Shown here: piece after piece, positions 31,200 through 41,652 of the stretch
Position numbering within the stretch: position 1 is the stretch's first letter
Layout of the letters: every line of letters begins with the position of its first letter
Assembly (NCBI GenBank): GCA_963718615.1
Contig: OY970368.1
Location: 4,960,001-5,024,000, forward strand
From: an uncultured cyanobacterium
Lineage (GTDB): Bacteria > Cyanobacteriota > Cyanobacteriia > PCC-9006 > JAAUQQ01
Reading direction: 5' to 3'
Length of the DNA stretch: 64,000 nt
Program-made: the position numbers and the translations under genes
The notes under the pieces: generated by a model
Seen by the model: the letters and a program-made list of their open reading frames with translations, nothing else
What the model was told of the DNA's origin: nothing
Database searches by the model: none

Positions 31200-32405
31200 A
31201 TGGGACGCGCGAAAAAGGTTGTCCTGGCCTATTCGGGGGGCGTAGATACATCGGTTTGTATTCCTTACCTCAAAAACGAATGGGGCGTTGAGGAAGTGAT
31301 TACACTGGCGGCAGATCTCGGACAGGGTGAGGAACTGGGGCCGATTCAACAAAAAGCTCTCACAGCGGGCGCAAGCGTTTCGTTGGTGAATGACGCGCGG
31401 GATGCCTTTGTCCGCGAGTACGCTTTTCCGGCGATTCAAGCCAATGCACTGTACGAAAATCGCTATCCGCTCTCTACGGCCTTGGCTCGTCCGCTGATTG
31501 CCAAAATGCTCGTAGATGCAGCGGCGGAATATGGCGCGGATGCGGTGGCCCATGGCTGCACGGGTAAAGGCAATGACCAGGTGCGGTTTGATGTGTCGAT
31601 CGCGGCGCTCAATCCCCATCTCAAGGTCCTGGCTCCGGCTCGGGAATGGGGGTTTGATCGGCCCACGGCCATCGAATACGGAGAAAAATACGGGATTCCG
31701 GCTCCGGTGAAAAAGTCTTCGCCCTACAGTATCGACAAGAATCTTTTAGGTCGCAGCATTGAAACGGGTCCGCTGGAAGATCCCTGGGTTGAGCCGCCGG
31801 AGGAGGTGTTTGAGATGACGAAGGCGATCGCCGACACCCCCAACGAACCAACCTATGTGGAAATCGGCTTCGAGCAAGGCATCCCCGTCAGCCTAGATGG
31901 TCAAATGCTCTCCCCCGTAGATTTGGTTTCTCAGCTCAACCAACTGGCAGGACATCAAGGCGTAGGCCGCATCGACATGGTTGAGAATCGTCTGGTAGGG
32001 ATTAAATCCCGCGAGATCTACGAAACACCAGCCCTGCTCACGCTCATCTTGGCCCACCGCGATCTGGAAAGCCTGACGCTGACGTCCGACGTGAGCCACT
32101 ACAAGCGCCATATCGAAGATTCCTACGGCCAGATGATTTACAACGGCCTCTGGTACAGCCCGCTCAAGGCCGCGCTCGACGGCTTTGTCCAAAAGACCCA
32201 GGAGCGAGTAACGGGAACGGTCCGGGTGAAGCTGTTCAAGGGCAACGCCATCATGGCAGGGCGCAAGTCTGAAAAATCGTTGTACAGCGAAGAAATGGCA
32301 ACCTACGGTGCCGAGGACCAGTTCGACCACAAAGCAGCGGAAGGCTTTATCTATATTTGGGGCATGTCTACCCGGATTTGGTCCAACAAAGTCCGCCAAG
32401 GCTAA
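31200..32405 (+). CDS. argG: Argininosuccinate synthase
   Basis: [39 protein letters not shown]; AGGAG RBS. Confidence 0.98.
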   Translation: MGRAKKVVLAYSGGVDTSVCIPYLKNEWGVEEVITLAADLGQGEELGPIQQKALTAGASVSLVNDARDAFVREYAFPAIQANALYENRYPLSTALARPLIAKMLVDAAAEYGADAVAHGCTGKGNDQVRFDVSIAALNPHLKVLAPAREWGFDRPTAIEYGEKYGIPAPVKKSSPYSIDKNLLGRSIETGPLEDPWVEPPEEVFEMTKAIADTPNEPTYVEIGFEQGIPVSLDGQMLSPVDLVSQLNQLAGHQGVGRIDMVENRLVGIKSREIYETPALLTLILAHRDLESLTLTSDVSHYKRHIEDSYGQMIYNGLWYSPLKAALDGFVQKTQERVTGTVRVKLFKGNAIMAGRKSEKSLYSEEMATYGAEDQFDHKAAEGFIYIWGMSTRIWSNKVRQG

Positions 32406-32435
32406 AGAGCCAGCGACCCACAGCCTGTAATTTGT

Positions 32436-32465
32436 GTAGGGACGAACCGCCGTTCGTCCTTTTCT
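32436..32465 (+). repeat. GTAG-type REP-like hairpin, probably also acting as the argG terminator
   Basis: GTAG GGACGAAC CGCC GTTCGTCC followed by a T run. Confidence 0.6.
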
Positions 32466-32484
32466 AGTCTTCCTTATCCTAGTT

Positions 32485-33135
32485 TTAGGTGCTGGGATTT
32501 TGCTTAAGGCGTTGTTCAATCACCCAATACAAACCCAAGCCCCCCACAATCGCCAGTGCCACCAGACCAAACTGCGAAACCCAAGTCAGCAACTGCTCTA
32601 GAGGCACCAAGCGCCCGACAAAAAAGGCCAGGGAAACCATGGCGATCGCCCAAACCGCTGCCCCTGCCGCATTAAAAATCAAAAACTTCCCATAGGGCAT
32701 CCCCGCGATGCCAGCGAGCGGCCCCGCAAAAATCCGTAGCAGCGTGATAAACCGTCCCAGAAAAACCGCTTGACCGGAATTTTTACTAAATTTGTCCTTG
32801 GCTTGGTTGAGCTGCTCTTCAGAAATGTTGAACCAATGGCCCACCCGTCGGAGCAAGGACCATCCCCCCCATTTGCCGAGCCAGTAGCCGAAGTTATCAC
32901 CCACAATCGCCCCTGCGATCGCACTGGCCAAAACCCCTCCATAGGTCAACTCACCATTACCAGCCAGAAAGCCTCCGACCAAAGTAATCGTCTCCCCTGG
33001 AATAGGAAGACCTGTGTTTTCTAACAGTACACCTGACAAAACGGCCCAATATCCGTATTGCTCGGCAAGCTGCTGAACAAAATCCAGCGAAATGACCTCT
33101 AGGGACATGGGGCTTAATTGTACAAATTGATACAA
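32485..33135 (-). CDS. DedA-family membrane protein
   Basis: ENTGLPIPGE, GDNFGYWLG, FLGRFI..LRIF....AG. Confidence 0.92.
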   Translation of the reverse strand: MYQFVQLSPMSLEVISLDFVQQLAEQYGYWAVLSGVLLENTGLPIPGETITLVGGFLAGNGELTYGGVLASAIAGAIVGDNFGYWLGKWGGWSLLRRVGHWFNISEEQLNQAKDKFSKNSGQAVFLGRFITLLRIFAGPLAGIAGMPYGKFLIFNAAGAAVWAIAMVSLAFFVGRLVPLEQLLTWVSQFGLVALAIVGGLGLYWVIEQRLKQNPST

Positions 33136-33321
33136 AGAACATCCTAGCGAGCTTCAGGATTAGTCTCAAGGTCGCTTTTACGGAACTGGAACCCAAGAAA
33201 CCGTCAGCACCTATGGGCACTTACGGGAATATACAAAGCTTTCCCAGCCTAATCCGTTCAACCGGATATTCCTTGTCTTTTAGAAGACCAATCTAGAGTT
33301 TGGGCTTCCAGTTCGGGGGTT

Positions 33322-33867
33322 CTAGATTTGAGGTTGTAGTGCAGCGCCAAATCGAGGGAACGAAGGCAGATCAACCCCACTCGGACTGGCATTACGATTG
33401 CGCACCGCGAGGCGATAGCTCACACTTTGCAGTTCTGCGTGGAGACGGCGATTTTCCTTCTGGAGCTGGCTGACGCGATCGCGCACCGTAGCCAGCCGTT
33501 CCGCAAATTTCTTGCGATAGACATTGGGGAGCTCTTGCACCACCTGTTCTAGCATGCGCGAGCGATCGGTCAACTCATGGACCGACTGACGCAGTTGAAA
33601 AATTTCAGCATCGCGATCGGAAATTTCGCTCTGATAATCCCCCACCTGCTGCTCTAGGCTTTGGAGCTGCTCTCGCAGCTTACGCACCTCGGCCTTATGC
33701 TTCTCGGACATTTCTAGCCCCGGCGCGGCACTCGCGTTGCCTTTCACTAAGCGAAAGAGCTCCTGAGACAATTGCTGCACGAGCTGATCACGCACCTCTA
33801 GCTCACCCTTAAGCCGGGTCACTTCCGTTTTGAGGTTGTGGGTATTGAGCGCTTCCGTCTGAATCAC
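33322..33867 (-). CDS. Conserved cyanobacterial coiled-coil protein (Npun_F5560-like)
   Basis: RDQLVQQLSQELFRLVKGN, LEQVVQELP..YR.KF, LHAELQSVSYRLA. Confidence 0.75.
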   Translation of the reverse strand: MIQTEALNTHNLKTEVTRLKGELEVRDQLVQQLSQELFRLVKGNASAAPGLEMSEKHKAEVRKLREQLQSLEQQVGDYQSEISDRDAEIFQLRQSVHELTDRSRMLEQVVQELPNVYRKKFAERLATVRDRVSQLQKENRRLHAELQSVSYRLAVRNRNASPSGVDLPSFPRFGAALQPQI

Positions 33868-34098
33868 GTCTTTCTCTACTCCGAATCAATGGGGCCTGAT
33901 GGGGGATTGATAGGTTGATCTCAAAGCCTAATCTCAAAGCTTGATCAAATAATCTAGGGCAATAGATTTAGGGCAATCGGCAGCGTTTGTCAACTAAAAC
34001 CCCTAGTTGCCGCCCACTGTATCACCTGATCCTGGAATTGGCACCCATCCGAGAAAAGTTTTTGCTCCGGTTCATTCCCCTAGGGGCGTGGGCGGGTC

Positions 34099-36690
34099 TT
34101 AGCCCTCTCCCTTCTCCCTCAGCATCGCCCCTTTCCGCTGACGACCATATAAAGGCACGGGGGTCGGCTCTGGCTCATTACCCGCAGTGACTTCGTCAAC
34201 AGTTACCTCATTAACGGTTACCTCATTAACGGCTACCTCATCAAGGATCGGTGGCTCTAAAGCTGCCGTTGGACTCGCAAGCGGATCAGCCAAAGTCCCT
34301 GCACCAATCACATCATCAATCCCCGCCGGATTCAGCAACGCAATCGGCTCGCCCACGGTATCCCGTGCCGCTAAGTAGCCAAGAGCATAGGACATGGGCA
34401 CCATGGTTTCAAAAATCGTGAACTCCGTCACTGGCGGCAATAAAAACACATCCAAATAGGTTTCTAGGGTGGGCCAGTCATAGACATTCGGGAATATGTC
34501 CTGACTCACCTGCTCCAGAAGGGGATATTGCCCCAAAATAGACAGATCATTGGGTCCATAGAGCGTAATCCCTGGGGGGGGCTCGACCCCTAAATTCCGG
34601 GAATCAAAAATCAACGGGTTTTGAGGGTTGCGCGTCCCTAACCCAGTCGTATAAGTCATGTTGTCCGGATTGGCCCCGACGGCAACCTGAGTCCCCAAAA
34701 TCCCGTAAGTCAAGAAATTCTGGTTCCCCGTCAGATAATGGGCACGGAGCAGGGTTTGCACATTGGGGGACCCTAAGGCTCCGCCCCAGGTAGTTGCTTC
34801 AAAGCCATTATCTTGAGTCCAGTTAAAGCTGCCATATTCGGAGAAGAACGCAGACTCCGTCGCCTCTAGGACCGTTGCATTGATGGCGTTTTGCTTAACA
34901 TTGGCATCCTGCCCCACAAAATCCATACGGGCATAGAGGAAAGCAGCTTCTCGCTGATTATGGCTATCAAACAAATAAAGGCTACTATCGGCCTCTTTGA
35001 AAGCCGTGGTCTCTAGAAAAATGTTATGCCAACGAACATCCTCGGTATCCTGAAACAGGGACAGGGCCGCAAGGTTACGGGCATCCCTGACCTCCGAAAT
35101 CGTCAGATAGGGGGCGGACTCTCGCTCGGCATAGTCCATAGCCCGGAGAGCGCTGTCAAGATAGATCTGGGCGAGAGTAGGATCGTAGCTCCCTAAGGCA
35201 TGGGCCGCCTGGGCGGCGGTGGCGGCGTAGAGATAGCTAGACCAGGGGTCTGGCGCATAGGCAAAAATTTTCTGGGATTCTTGCCAACTGGCTTCGCCTG
35301 CACGGGGATGATTAGCTGACTCAATCCCGCCGGGAATCCCACCGTCGCTCTTCTGCAATCGGCGGAATAAGTCCAGCCCCCACAGGGCTTCGTCGAGGAG
35401 ATCCGGGAGTTGATTATTAGACTCAGGGATATTAAGACCAAACGAGGAATAGTAACTGGGGAAGAGATCCAGCAACTCTAAAAATGAGCGGCTAGAGTCT
35501 AGATGCTGAATTCGGCGGTCCCAATCTCCTGCGTCGTAGTAGCCCCCCCAGGCGTCGGGCAAAACTTCATCGCTGGCCCGAGCCACCAGGGTCTCAAAAA
35601 TGCCATCCGCTGTGATATTGGGGTCGAAGGTGACCTCTAGGAGCGTTGTGTAGGATTGTTGAACCACAACCCCATCGGCGGGATTGAAGGCGCGGGGTCT
35701 GGAGTAGTCGGTGTAGGGTTCTTCTAGGGCGATGCCGCTACGCTGATGATAGAATCCCCGTGCTGAGATGTAGAAGGCTTCATCCCACACCATAAGATCG
35801 GCGACTTCGAAGGGCATGGAGCAGCCAATGCCGTCCACACAAATGCGGTATTCACCGGCCTGCTGAAAATCGGTGAAGTCTAGGAGGTAGGTGTTGGTGA
35901 GGGCATAGTTTTGGCCTTTGGTGGGTTCACTCACATTCGCAGGCTTGCCGAGTTTGCTGAAACCTTCGTAAACCTTCTCCCCGGTGGTGGTGTCTATAAG
36001 CCAGAATGGCAGACCGTCTTGGTAATCTAAGCCTCCCCCATTCCCCATCCAGGTGGATAAATAGGCAATTTTGGCGGGGTCGTCAGGCCGGAAGCCTACT
36101 TGATTGACATGAATGGCTTCGGTCTCGCTGGTATTGGGGTCGAACTGAAAGGTTAGGTCTGGGAGGCGATCGCCATTGATATCAATCTCATAGGTTTGCA
36201 GCGGCGCTAAGACGCTCGGCAAATCAAGATAGATCGTATGAGAAAAGAGATACTCACTCCCTAGGGCCGTGACTTGGGCGCTATCGATGGGCTTACTTTT
36301 GCGAAATACAAATTCAGGATTAGCCCCGACTGTATAGTTGGCGTCGGTGGTAGAAGTCACCTGATAGGAGAGGGGGTTGTCTGCGATCGCCGTATCCAAC
36401 GGTGCGCCCACAAGCTGATCCAACGTTCGCAGGATCGACTGATCGCTCCCAACCAGGTAACCCAGGTCTTCATCATTGCGAACGACCCAGAAGTCTACGC
36501 CATTGGTTTGAACGGTGTCATTGGATTCGGGAACATAGGGAACTTGCGATCCAAACAGGATACTTCCCGCTTGGATTTGAATGGCTAAAATATCAGGCCG
36601 GACTAGATATGTCTGAGTAACAGTGAGGCCACTATCTTGTAGGGTGCTACTGGCTTGAAAGTCCAATGGTTGGAGTTCCGATGAGGTCAC
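34099..36690 (-). CDS. Glycoside hydrolase family 9 with an N-terminal Ig-like (CelD_N) domain
   Basis: IHVNQVGF.P, FYHQRSG, GGYYDAGDWD, DLLDEA.W.LD, TEFTI. Confidence 0.88.
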   Translation of the reverse strand: MTSSELQPLDFQASSTLQDSGLTVTQTYLVRPDILAIQIQAGSILFGSQVPYVPESNDTVQTNGVDFWVVRNDEDLGYLVGSDQSILRTLDQLVGAPLDTAIADNPLSYQVTSTTDANYTVGANPEFVFRKSKPIDSAQVTALGSEYLFSHTIYLDLPSVLAPLQTYEIDINGDRLPDLTFQFDPNTSETEAIHVNQVGFRPDDPAKIAYLSTWMGNGGGLDYQDGLPFWLIDTTTGEKVYEGFSKLGKPANVSEPTKGQNYALTNTYLLDFTDFQQAGEYRICVDGIGCSMPFEVADLMVWDEAFYISARGFYHQRSGIALEEPYTDYSRPRAFNPADGVVVQQSYTTLLEVTFDPNITADGIFETLVARASDEVLPDAWGGYYDAGDWDRRIQHLDSSRSFLELLDLFPSYYSSFGLNIPESNNQLPDLLDEALWGLDLFRRLQKSDGGIPGGIESANHPRAGEASWQESQKIFAYAPDPWSSYLYAATAAQAAHALGSYDPTLAQIYLDSALRAMDYAERESAPYLTISEVRDARNLAALSLFQDTEDVRWHNIFLETTAFKEADSSLYLFDSHNQREAAFLYARMDFVGQDANVKQNAINATVLEATESAFFSEYGSFNWTQDNGFEATTWGGALGSPNVQTLLRAHYLTGNQNFLTYGILGTQVAVGANPDNMTYTTGLGTRNPQNPLIFDSRNLGVEPPPGITLYGPNDLSILGQYPLLEQVSQDIFPNVYDWPTLETYLDVFLLPPVTEFTIFETMVPMSYALGYLAARDTVGEPIALLNPAGIDDVIGAGTLADPLASPTAALEPPILDEVAVNEVTVNEVTVDEVTAGNEPEPTPVPLYGRQRKGAMLREKGEG

Positions 36691-37482
36691 TGGCGTTGCT
36701 CTCCATCAAACAAAGGCATTAACGGTATTAAAGGCATTCAACAAAGGCTCGTGAGGCCCAGCCTTAAGGTCGGTACATTGACGCCTGACCTAAACTCTGC
36801 ACAAAAAGAAAAATGCAAAATAGCAAAATGCAGCCCACAAGGCTGCATTACAAATCTCGCTATTTGAGGTGGAAAAATCATCCACGAAAAAAGACAAATG
36901 GTGAGAGATAGTAACTCGAAAATGCCTTTCGCTTGGTACATGCAAATGCGGAACGGCTATGAGTCCTAAATCTAGCAAGTCTAAGTTTTTTAGCTTTTAT
37001 CAGGCCCTGACACAATTTCAATTTAGCGATAAAACTCAGGTCTTGTCAAATCATCTTTAAACAGACAAATTCCTGATCTAGAAATGAGTCATTGGTTGGC
37101 CACTAGGGGTAGATTGCTATCATAAGTCCGGTGACAGAAAGCTAATGTTAAGTAGGCTTAAGCTATTTGAGCAAAAGTATAATTTCATCCATAAATAAAG
37201 ACAAAATACTAGTTCTCTTGGCACATTGGTTTAGGTTATAAAGCTATTTTCTTCGAGCAGTTTCTAGCAAGTTGAGAAGTACTTAACTCCGCCGATCTAG
37301 ACCATTCTCTATGTATAAAAAACACCCAAAATCCCAAAAGCACATTTTTTAAGGCATGGGTAAGGCATAAAAAAATTCGGTCGAAGCCGACATTTTCGAC
37401 CTTCGACCGATTGAGAACTGGTACAGATCGAGCCTGGGGACGCATTTCGTCTTTCCGCAGGCTCAGCAACATCCCTCACCCC

Positions 37483-38604
37483 CTAGGAAGTCGTGTCTTC
37501 CCCGCCCCCGCTGGGATTGGGTTCGTAGCAGCGCCCTTGAGTGTCCGTAAATTCGACTTTTATTGTGTGTAGAGCGTCAATCAAATTCCCAGATTCATCT
37601 TTATCATTCCCTGGCTCAAAGGTCTGGGCCTCAATAGCTTTGATAGCCTCTTGATTCAAATACTCATATCCTGTACTTTGCATTGTATCCACAGAGGTTG
37701 GCTGCCCCCCCTCAGAAGAAACGCGAGCAACAAAGATGCCCATACGAGTGCTGGTGGGACATTTTCGATCTGGAAACTGAAGGCTCAAGGCTTCTTGGAG
37801 TGGCATTGGTTTACCCGGTCTGTTTTTTGTTATCTCGGAAATGAAATTCGAGTCGTCACCTTCGTCTAAAGCCTCGCTACCATCGCCTGGGTATCGCGCC
37901 CGTAGTTCTGCCGTACGAGATGCAATCACGTCTTCCGCACTGCTCAACGTCGGCTGAGGCGGAACGGGGGGGGGGGCTGGAGCTGGGGAAGGCTCAGGGT
38001 CGCTCCCGTTAGGCTGAGGCGGCTCGTTTGTCTCATCAGGCAAGGCAGCGATTGGCGGCGGTGAATTGTCAATCATCGAGTTGTCGATGGGCGGTAGCGG
38101 CTGGGTTGGGCTACTCGACACCGAAAAACTACCGCTCAAATCCAATGCCGTTACCGGAGGTGCGGGTGGGAGGCTCACATTGCCATTGGACCCTCCGCCG
38201 TTATCCATGGGAATCGGAAAGAACAAATCCGACGATGGGCTCAAAACCCCTGCGGACAGGGGTTCATCCAGATTGAAGTTATACATTTCCCCGAGGGGAG
38301 GCTGGTCGGGAACCGGCAGCGGCGGCAGATTATTTTGACTCACCAGCGGATTTTGAAAATTTTGGGGATTGAGCTCACCCCCCTGCTGCACCGCATCTGG
38401 GAGACGAGCCATATCCTGGGGAGACAGCTCAACCACACCAACCGACTTGGGCTCTTCGGGGCAATCGCTCCCGAGGGACAACAACGGCACCGCAGCGAAC
38501 AAAACCCCATGCAGCCCAACGGAGAGGGCAGTCGCAATGAAGATGGGCTGACGAACACGCTCGGACCAGCTTTTCGAAGCAGAGTAGAGGGGGACCATGG
38601 CCAT
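37483..38604 (-). CDS. TonB-like energy transducer (TM anchor, Pro-rich linker, TonB_C-like domain)
   Basis: SVGLHG TM motif; QSTGYEYLNQEAI..I....F.P. Confidence 0.65.
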   Translation of the reverse strand: MAMVPLYSASKSWSERVRQPIFIATALSVGLHGVLFAAVPLLSLGSDCPEEPKSVGVVELSPQDMARLPDAVQQGGELNPQNFQNPLVSQNNLPPLPVPDQPPLGEMYNFNLDEPLSAGVLSPSSDLFFPIPMDNGGGSNGNVSLPPAPPVTALDLSGSFSVSSSPTQPLPPIDNSMIDNSPPPIAALPDETNEPPQPNGSDPEPSPAPAPPPVPPQPTLSSAEDVIASRTAELRARYPGDGSEALDEGDDSNFISEITKNRPGKPMPLQEALSLQFPDRKCPTSTRMGIFVARVSSEGGQPTSVDTMQSTGYEYLNQEAIKAIEAQTFEPGNDKDESGNLIDALHTIKVEFTDTQGRCYEPNPSGGGEDTTS

Positions 38605-39135
38605 GGGAATCTAGGAGGGCACACAGGCGAGAGGGTTGGCGGAGGGTTGGGGGCATCCTCTAGAAGCCCCTGCAAAAGCAGCACCCTTCAGCGTAGACAA
38701 GCCGCTAGTACACCTGGGACAGCATCAGAAATTGCGATCCTATTCTAATAACTGAGCCCACCTTTGGGGTGCAAGGGCGCAGCAGCTCTCATACATTGAC
38801 GGTACTTCCCCCTACCAAGTTGCTATTTCTCAAAAACTTATCCTTTTTCAGGACAAGAAAGATTTTATACAAAAACTAAATTAGACTAAACCTGACTAAA
38901 ATGATTAGCGAAATCCTCTGGATATCTTCTAAATAAAGATTTTTACCATCGTCTATGGGTGCGATCGCCCTCTTTTCATCCCCCGTGTTTCCACTCTGTT
39001 TCAACGGGGTACTCTAGAAATTAAGACTCTAAAAAACCGTGAAACAACCGTGGCATCCCCTCTCTCCCGCCGGGATTGCTGTGACACCTCCACAAACTGG
39101 CACAACTTGAACCGCTCTTTTGACTCAACAACGGA

Positions 39136-39141
39136 TATTAT
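39136..39141 (+). promoter_or_regulatory. -10 element (TATTAT) for the putative Yfr2 RNA
   Basis: TATTAT a few nt upstream of GGTGTGAGGAG. Confidence 0.5.
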
Positions 39142-39144
39142 CTA

Positions 39145-39225
39145 GTGGTGTGAGGAGTGAAAGTTCGAGTGAAAAAACCTCTGGAGTCGAAACACGGCCA
39201 GACGCCCAGGGGTTTTTTCTTTTTT
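39145..39225 (+). ncRNA. yfr2: Probable Yfr2-family cyanobacterial sRNA
   Basis: 5' GGTGTGAGGAGTGA, then the hairpin AAAAAACCTCTGG..GTC-GAAACACGG..GAC..CCAGGGGTTTTTT with a U tail. Family assigned from recalled motifs. Confidence 0.65.
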
Positions 39226-39226
39226 C

Positions 39227-39251
39227 AAATTTCCGGCAATGCCGGAAATTT
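39227..39251. terminator. Perfect 12-bp inverted repeat downstream of lnt
   Basis: AAATTTCCGGCA-A-TGCCGGAAATTT. Confidence 0.55.
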
Positions 39252-39291
39252 TAGATTTTTAAGCTTCTATCCATCGACAGTCTGAGTTGCT

Positions 39292-40869
39292 TTAAGGCTT
39301 GCGCAATCGGTCAACCAGCCTCTGGCAGCCAGCGACAACCCCTAGACTGAGCCAAAGCAGGCCATCGCCCCAGTGACTGTAAGGGGTTTGCGATCGCCGC
39401 AGTTCAACCCTTTCGGCGTGGCTAACCCAGGTGCTGGGAAGGGCACGCCATTTTTGCTGGCCATGGGGGGTAATAAAGCCGGAATAGCCGGTATTCGCCG
39501 CTCGAATCACCCAACGATCATTCTCGATCGCCCGCATCACATCATGGGCTTCGCTTTGGGCCATCAGCACTTCGCTATAGGGATCGAGATTGGCACTGCT
39601 CAGAATCAGCCTTGCCCCTTGGGCGACCTGACGGCGGGCGATCGCAGCAAAAGCGGGCTCATAGCAGATTTCAACGGCAACGCTGCCCCACGGCGTTCGG
39701 AAGGACTGCTGGGGGAATCCTGGAACCATACTCTCCGGTAAGGGAGAAAGCTGTTCGAGCCAACGACCCAGACTCCGGGCTAAAGGAATGTATTCTCCCA
39801 AGGGAACCAACCGAACCTTGTTATAGCGGCTGCTGGGCTGCTGAGGGGTCTGGGGATTGAGATTAAACAGACTTTGGGTATAGCCCGCACCCAGCCTCTC
39901 AACCGAAGAGTCCGCCCAGCCAAAGGCTCCGACCCAGGCAGTGGTGTTATTCTGGGCGATCGCCCGGTTCAGCGGTTCAGTGCGGTTGTCCTGGGCATCC
40001 CAAACAAAAGGGAACGCCCCCTCCGGCATCAAAACGGCGTCGGCTTGCAGGGCTGCCAGTTGCTCAAAACTTTCGGTATAACGAACTAACGCTTGCTCAA
40101 TCCCCTGAGGCGTGAGTTTGATACGAGTGGGAATATTGCCCTGAATGATGCCGATTTGGAGAGTTTCTCTGGCGGGGTTGAGCCCTGGCGAATCGGCTTG
40201 AGCGGAAGTCATCGCCCAAAGGCTCCCCAGTCCCTGAAGGGTCAGCCAGAGGCAGAGGGCAATGGCACCCCAAGCACGACGGTGGGCGCGGTGGGCAGAG
40301 GAGAGGGCGATCGCCCCATAGCCATTCACCGCCACAATCGCCGCCGTAATCAGCAGGGGTCCACCCCAGCGACCCAAATGTAAGAGGGCAAGATTACCGG
40401 GACTCTGGGTCAAGGCCAAGGGATTCCAAAACAGCGGGCTCCAGCTCCAAAGCGTATCCAACAGCACCCACAGGGCAGCCCCCGCGATCACCCGCCCAGC
40501 AGCAGACCCATTAGATCCAAGGCAATGCAGGATGCGGGTCCAGAGCACGACGGCTAGAGTCCCCCAGGCTGTGACCGCCAGCCAACAGACCAGCGTAATC
40601 CCAACACTGGCCCCCCCAGGAATCCCCATCCAGGTCAGCGGGTGCAGCCCCCAAAGCCAGTGCAGCGTCCAGCCGTGATACACCGCCCCCCAGATCAGCG
40701 CTATCCGCCAATGACCCCGCAAAACCCCCCAATCCCAAAGGGGCACCAACGCCACCCAAGCCAAGGGCCAGAGGCTATAGGGTGGGGCCGCCAAGGCCAT
40801 GGCCAATCCACCAAAGCCTGCCATGGCCCAAGGTTGTCCCGAAAGTTTTCTTAAAGAACCTGTAACCAT
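39292..40869 (-). CDS. lnt: Apolipoprotein N-acyltransferase
   Basis: IQGNI, MPEGA, YNKVRLVPLGEYIP, EICYE, RAIEN, ANTGYS. Confidence 0.95.
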   Translation of the reverse strand: MVTGSLRKLSGQPWAMAGFGGLAMALAAPPYSLWPLAWVALVPLWDWGVLRGHWRIALIWGAVYHGWTLHWLWGLHPLTWMGIPGGASVGITLVCWLAVTAWGTLAVVLWTRILHCLGSNGSAAGRVIAGAALWVLLDTLWSWSPLFWNPLALTQSPGNLALLHLGRWGGPLLITAAIVAVNGYGAIALSSAHRAHRRAWGAIALCLWLTLQGLGSLWAMTSAQADSPGLNPARETLQIGIIQGNIPTRIKLTPQGIEQALVRYTESFEQLAALQADAVLMPEGAFPFVWDAQDNRTEPLNRAIAQNNTTAWVGAFGWADSSVERLGAGYTQSLFNLNPQTPQQPSSRYNKVRLVPLGEYIPLARSLGRWLEQLSPLPESMVPGFPQQSFRTPWGSVAVEICYEPAFAAIARRQVAQGARLILSSANLDPYSEVLMAQSEAHDVMRAIENDRWVIRAANTGYSGFITPHGQQKWRALPSTWVSHAERVELRRSQTPYSHWGDGLLWLSLGVVAGCQRLVDRLRKP

Positions 40870-40926
40870 GGACTAGAATCACGACGCATGTTATCTAATG
40901 GCTGAATCCCGCACGCTCCTATCGCC

Positions 40927-41619
40927 ATGGCCTCCTTAGAAGTCCTCATTGTCATTATCTACGTCACCTTTGCGGTCTACGTTCTCTATCGAGCGAGAAA
41001 GTCCTATTTGGCAGATAAGGCAGCAAGGCGCGCTAAGGCCAAAGCGGGCTTGATTTATATCACACCGGACCAAGAGGGGCTCAACAAAGCGCTCGACGAG
41101 CAACTGGCTCCGCTAGCCCTTAAGGACTACCTGGACATTACCCTAAGCAGCGGTATCACCGCCGATGACAAGGTCAATTTGCTCTCCCTCAAAATCGACA
41201 ATCGCTCAACCACCTATGCGGTTTATCTCAATTGGAAGGAAAGCTGGCTGACCAATGCGCGGAATCAGAGTCGGTCGATCGCCCGGATCACCCCCAGCGA
41301 TGGCAGTTTTTCCCAGGATGCCAGCATGGTGCCGCCGGGGCGATCGCTCCAAGAATTCTTTAGCGTCCTCACCGCTGAGGGACCTCAGCCCCTACCCGAG
41401 GCACTTGCACTCCACATCCTGCGGCAGGAAGGCAAAGCCGACAATCCTTCAGCCAAGGTACTCCTCTCGCTATCCATTCAGCTCAAATCCGTCAGCCAAT
41501 TTAGCCGCAATCATCTGATCGCCGTGAGCTGCCCGATTACGCTGCGACTCCCCAGTGATGACGAAGTGCAGAAATACAGAGAAGAACTCGAAAAGCGCTT
41601 TGCCAAGATGTTTGGCTAA
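40927..41619 (+). CDS. Hypothetical membrane-anchored protein
   Basis: 230-aa ORF with N-terminal TM helix filling the gap between lnt and the PBP gene. Confidence 0.65.
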   Translation: MASLEVLIVIIYVTFAVYVLYRARKSYLADKAARRAKAKAGLIYITPDQEGLNKALDEQLAPLALKDYLDITLSSGITADDKVNLLSLKIDNRSTTYAVYLNWKESWLTNARNQSRSIARITPSDGSFSQDASMVPPGRSLQEFFSVLTAEGPQPLPEALALHILRQEGKADNPSAKVLLSLSIQLKSVSQFSRNHLIAVSCPITLRLPSDDEVQKYREELEKRFAKMFG

Positions 41620-41652
41620 GAACGCCAGATCAAAAACGCTTCGTACAGGGGA

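Noticed and set aside
36738-37472. Short ORFs (62-78 aa) upstream of GH9
   Set aside because: No motifs, no clear RBS, low-complexity AT-rich sequence; probably non-coding.
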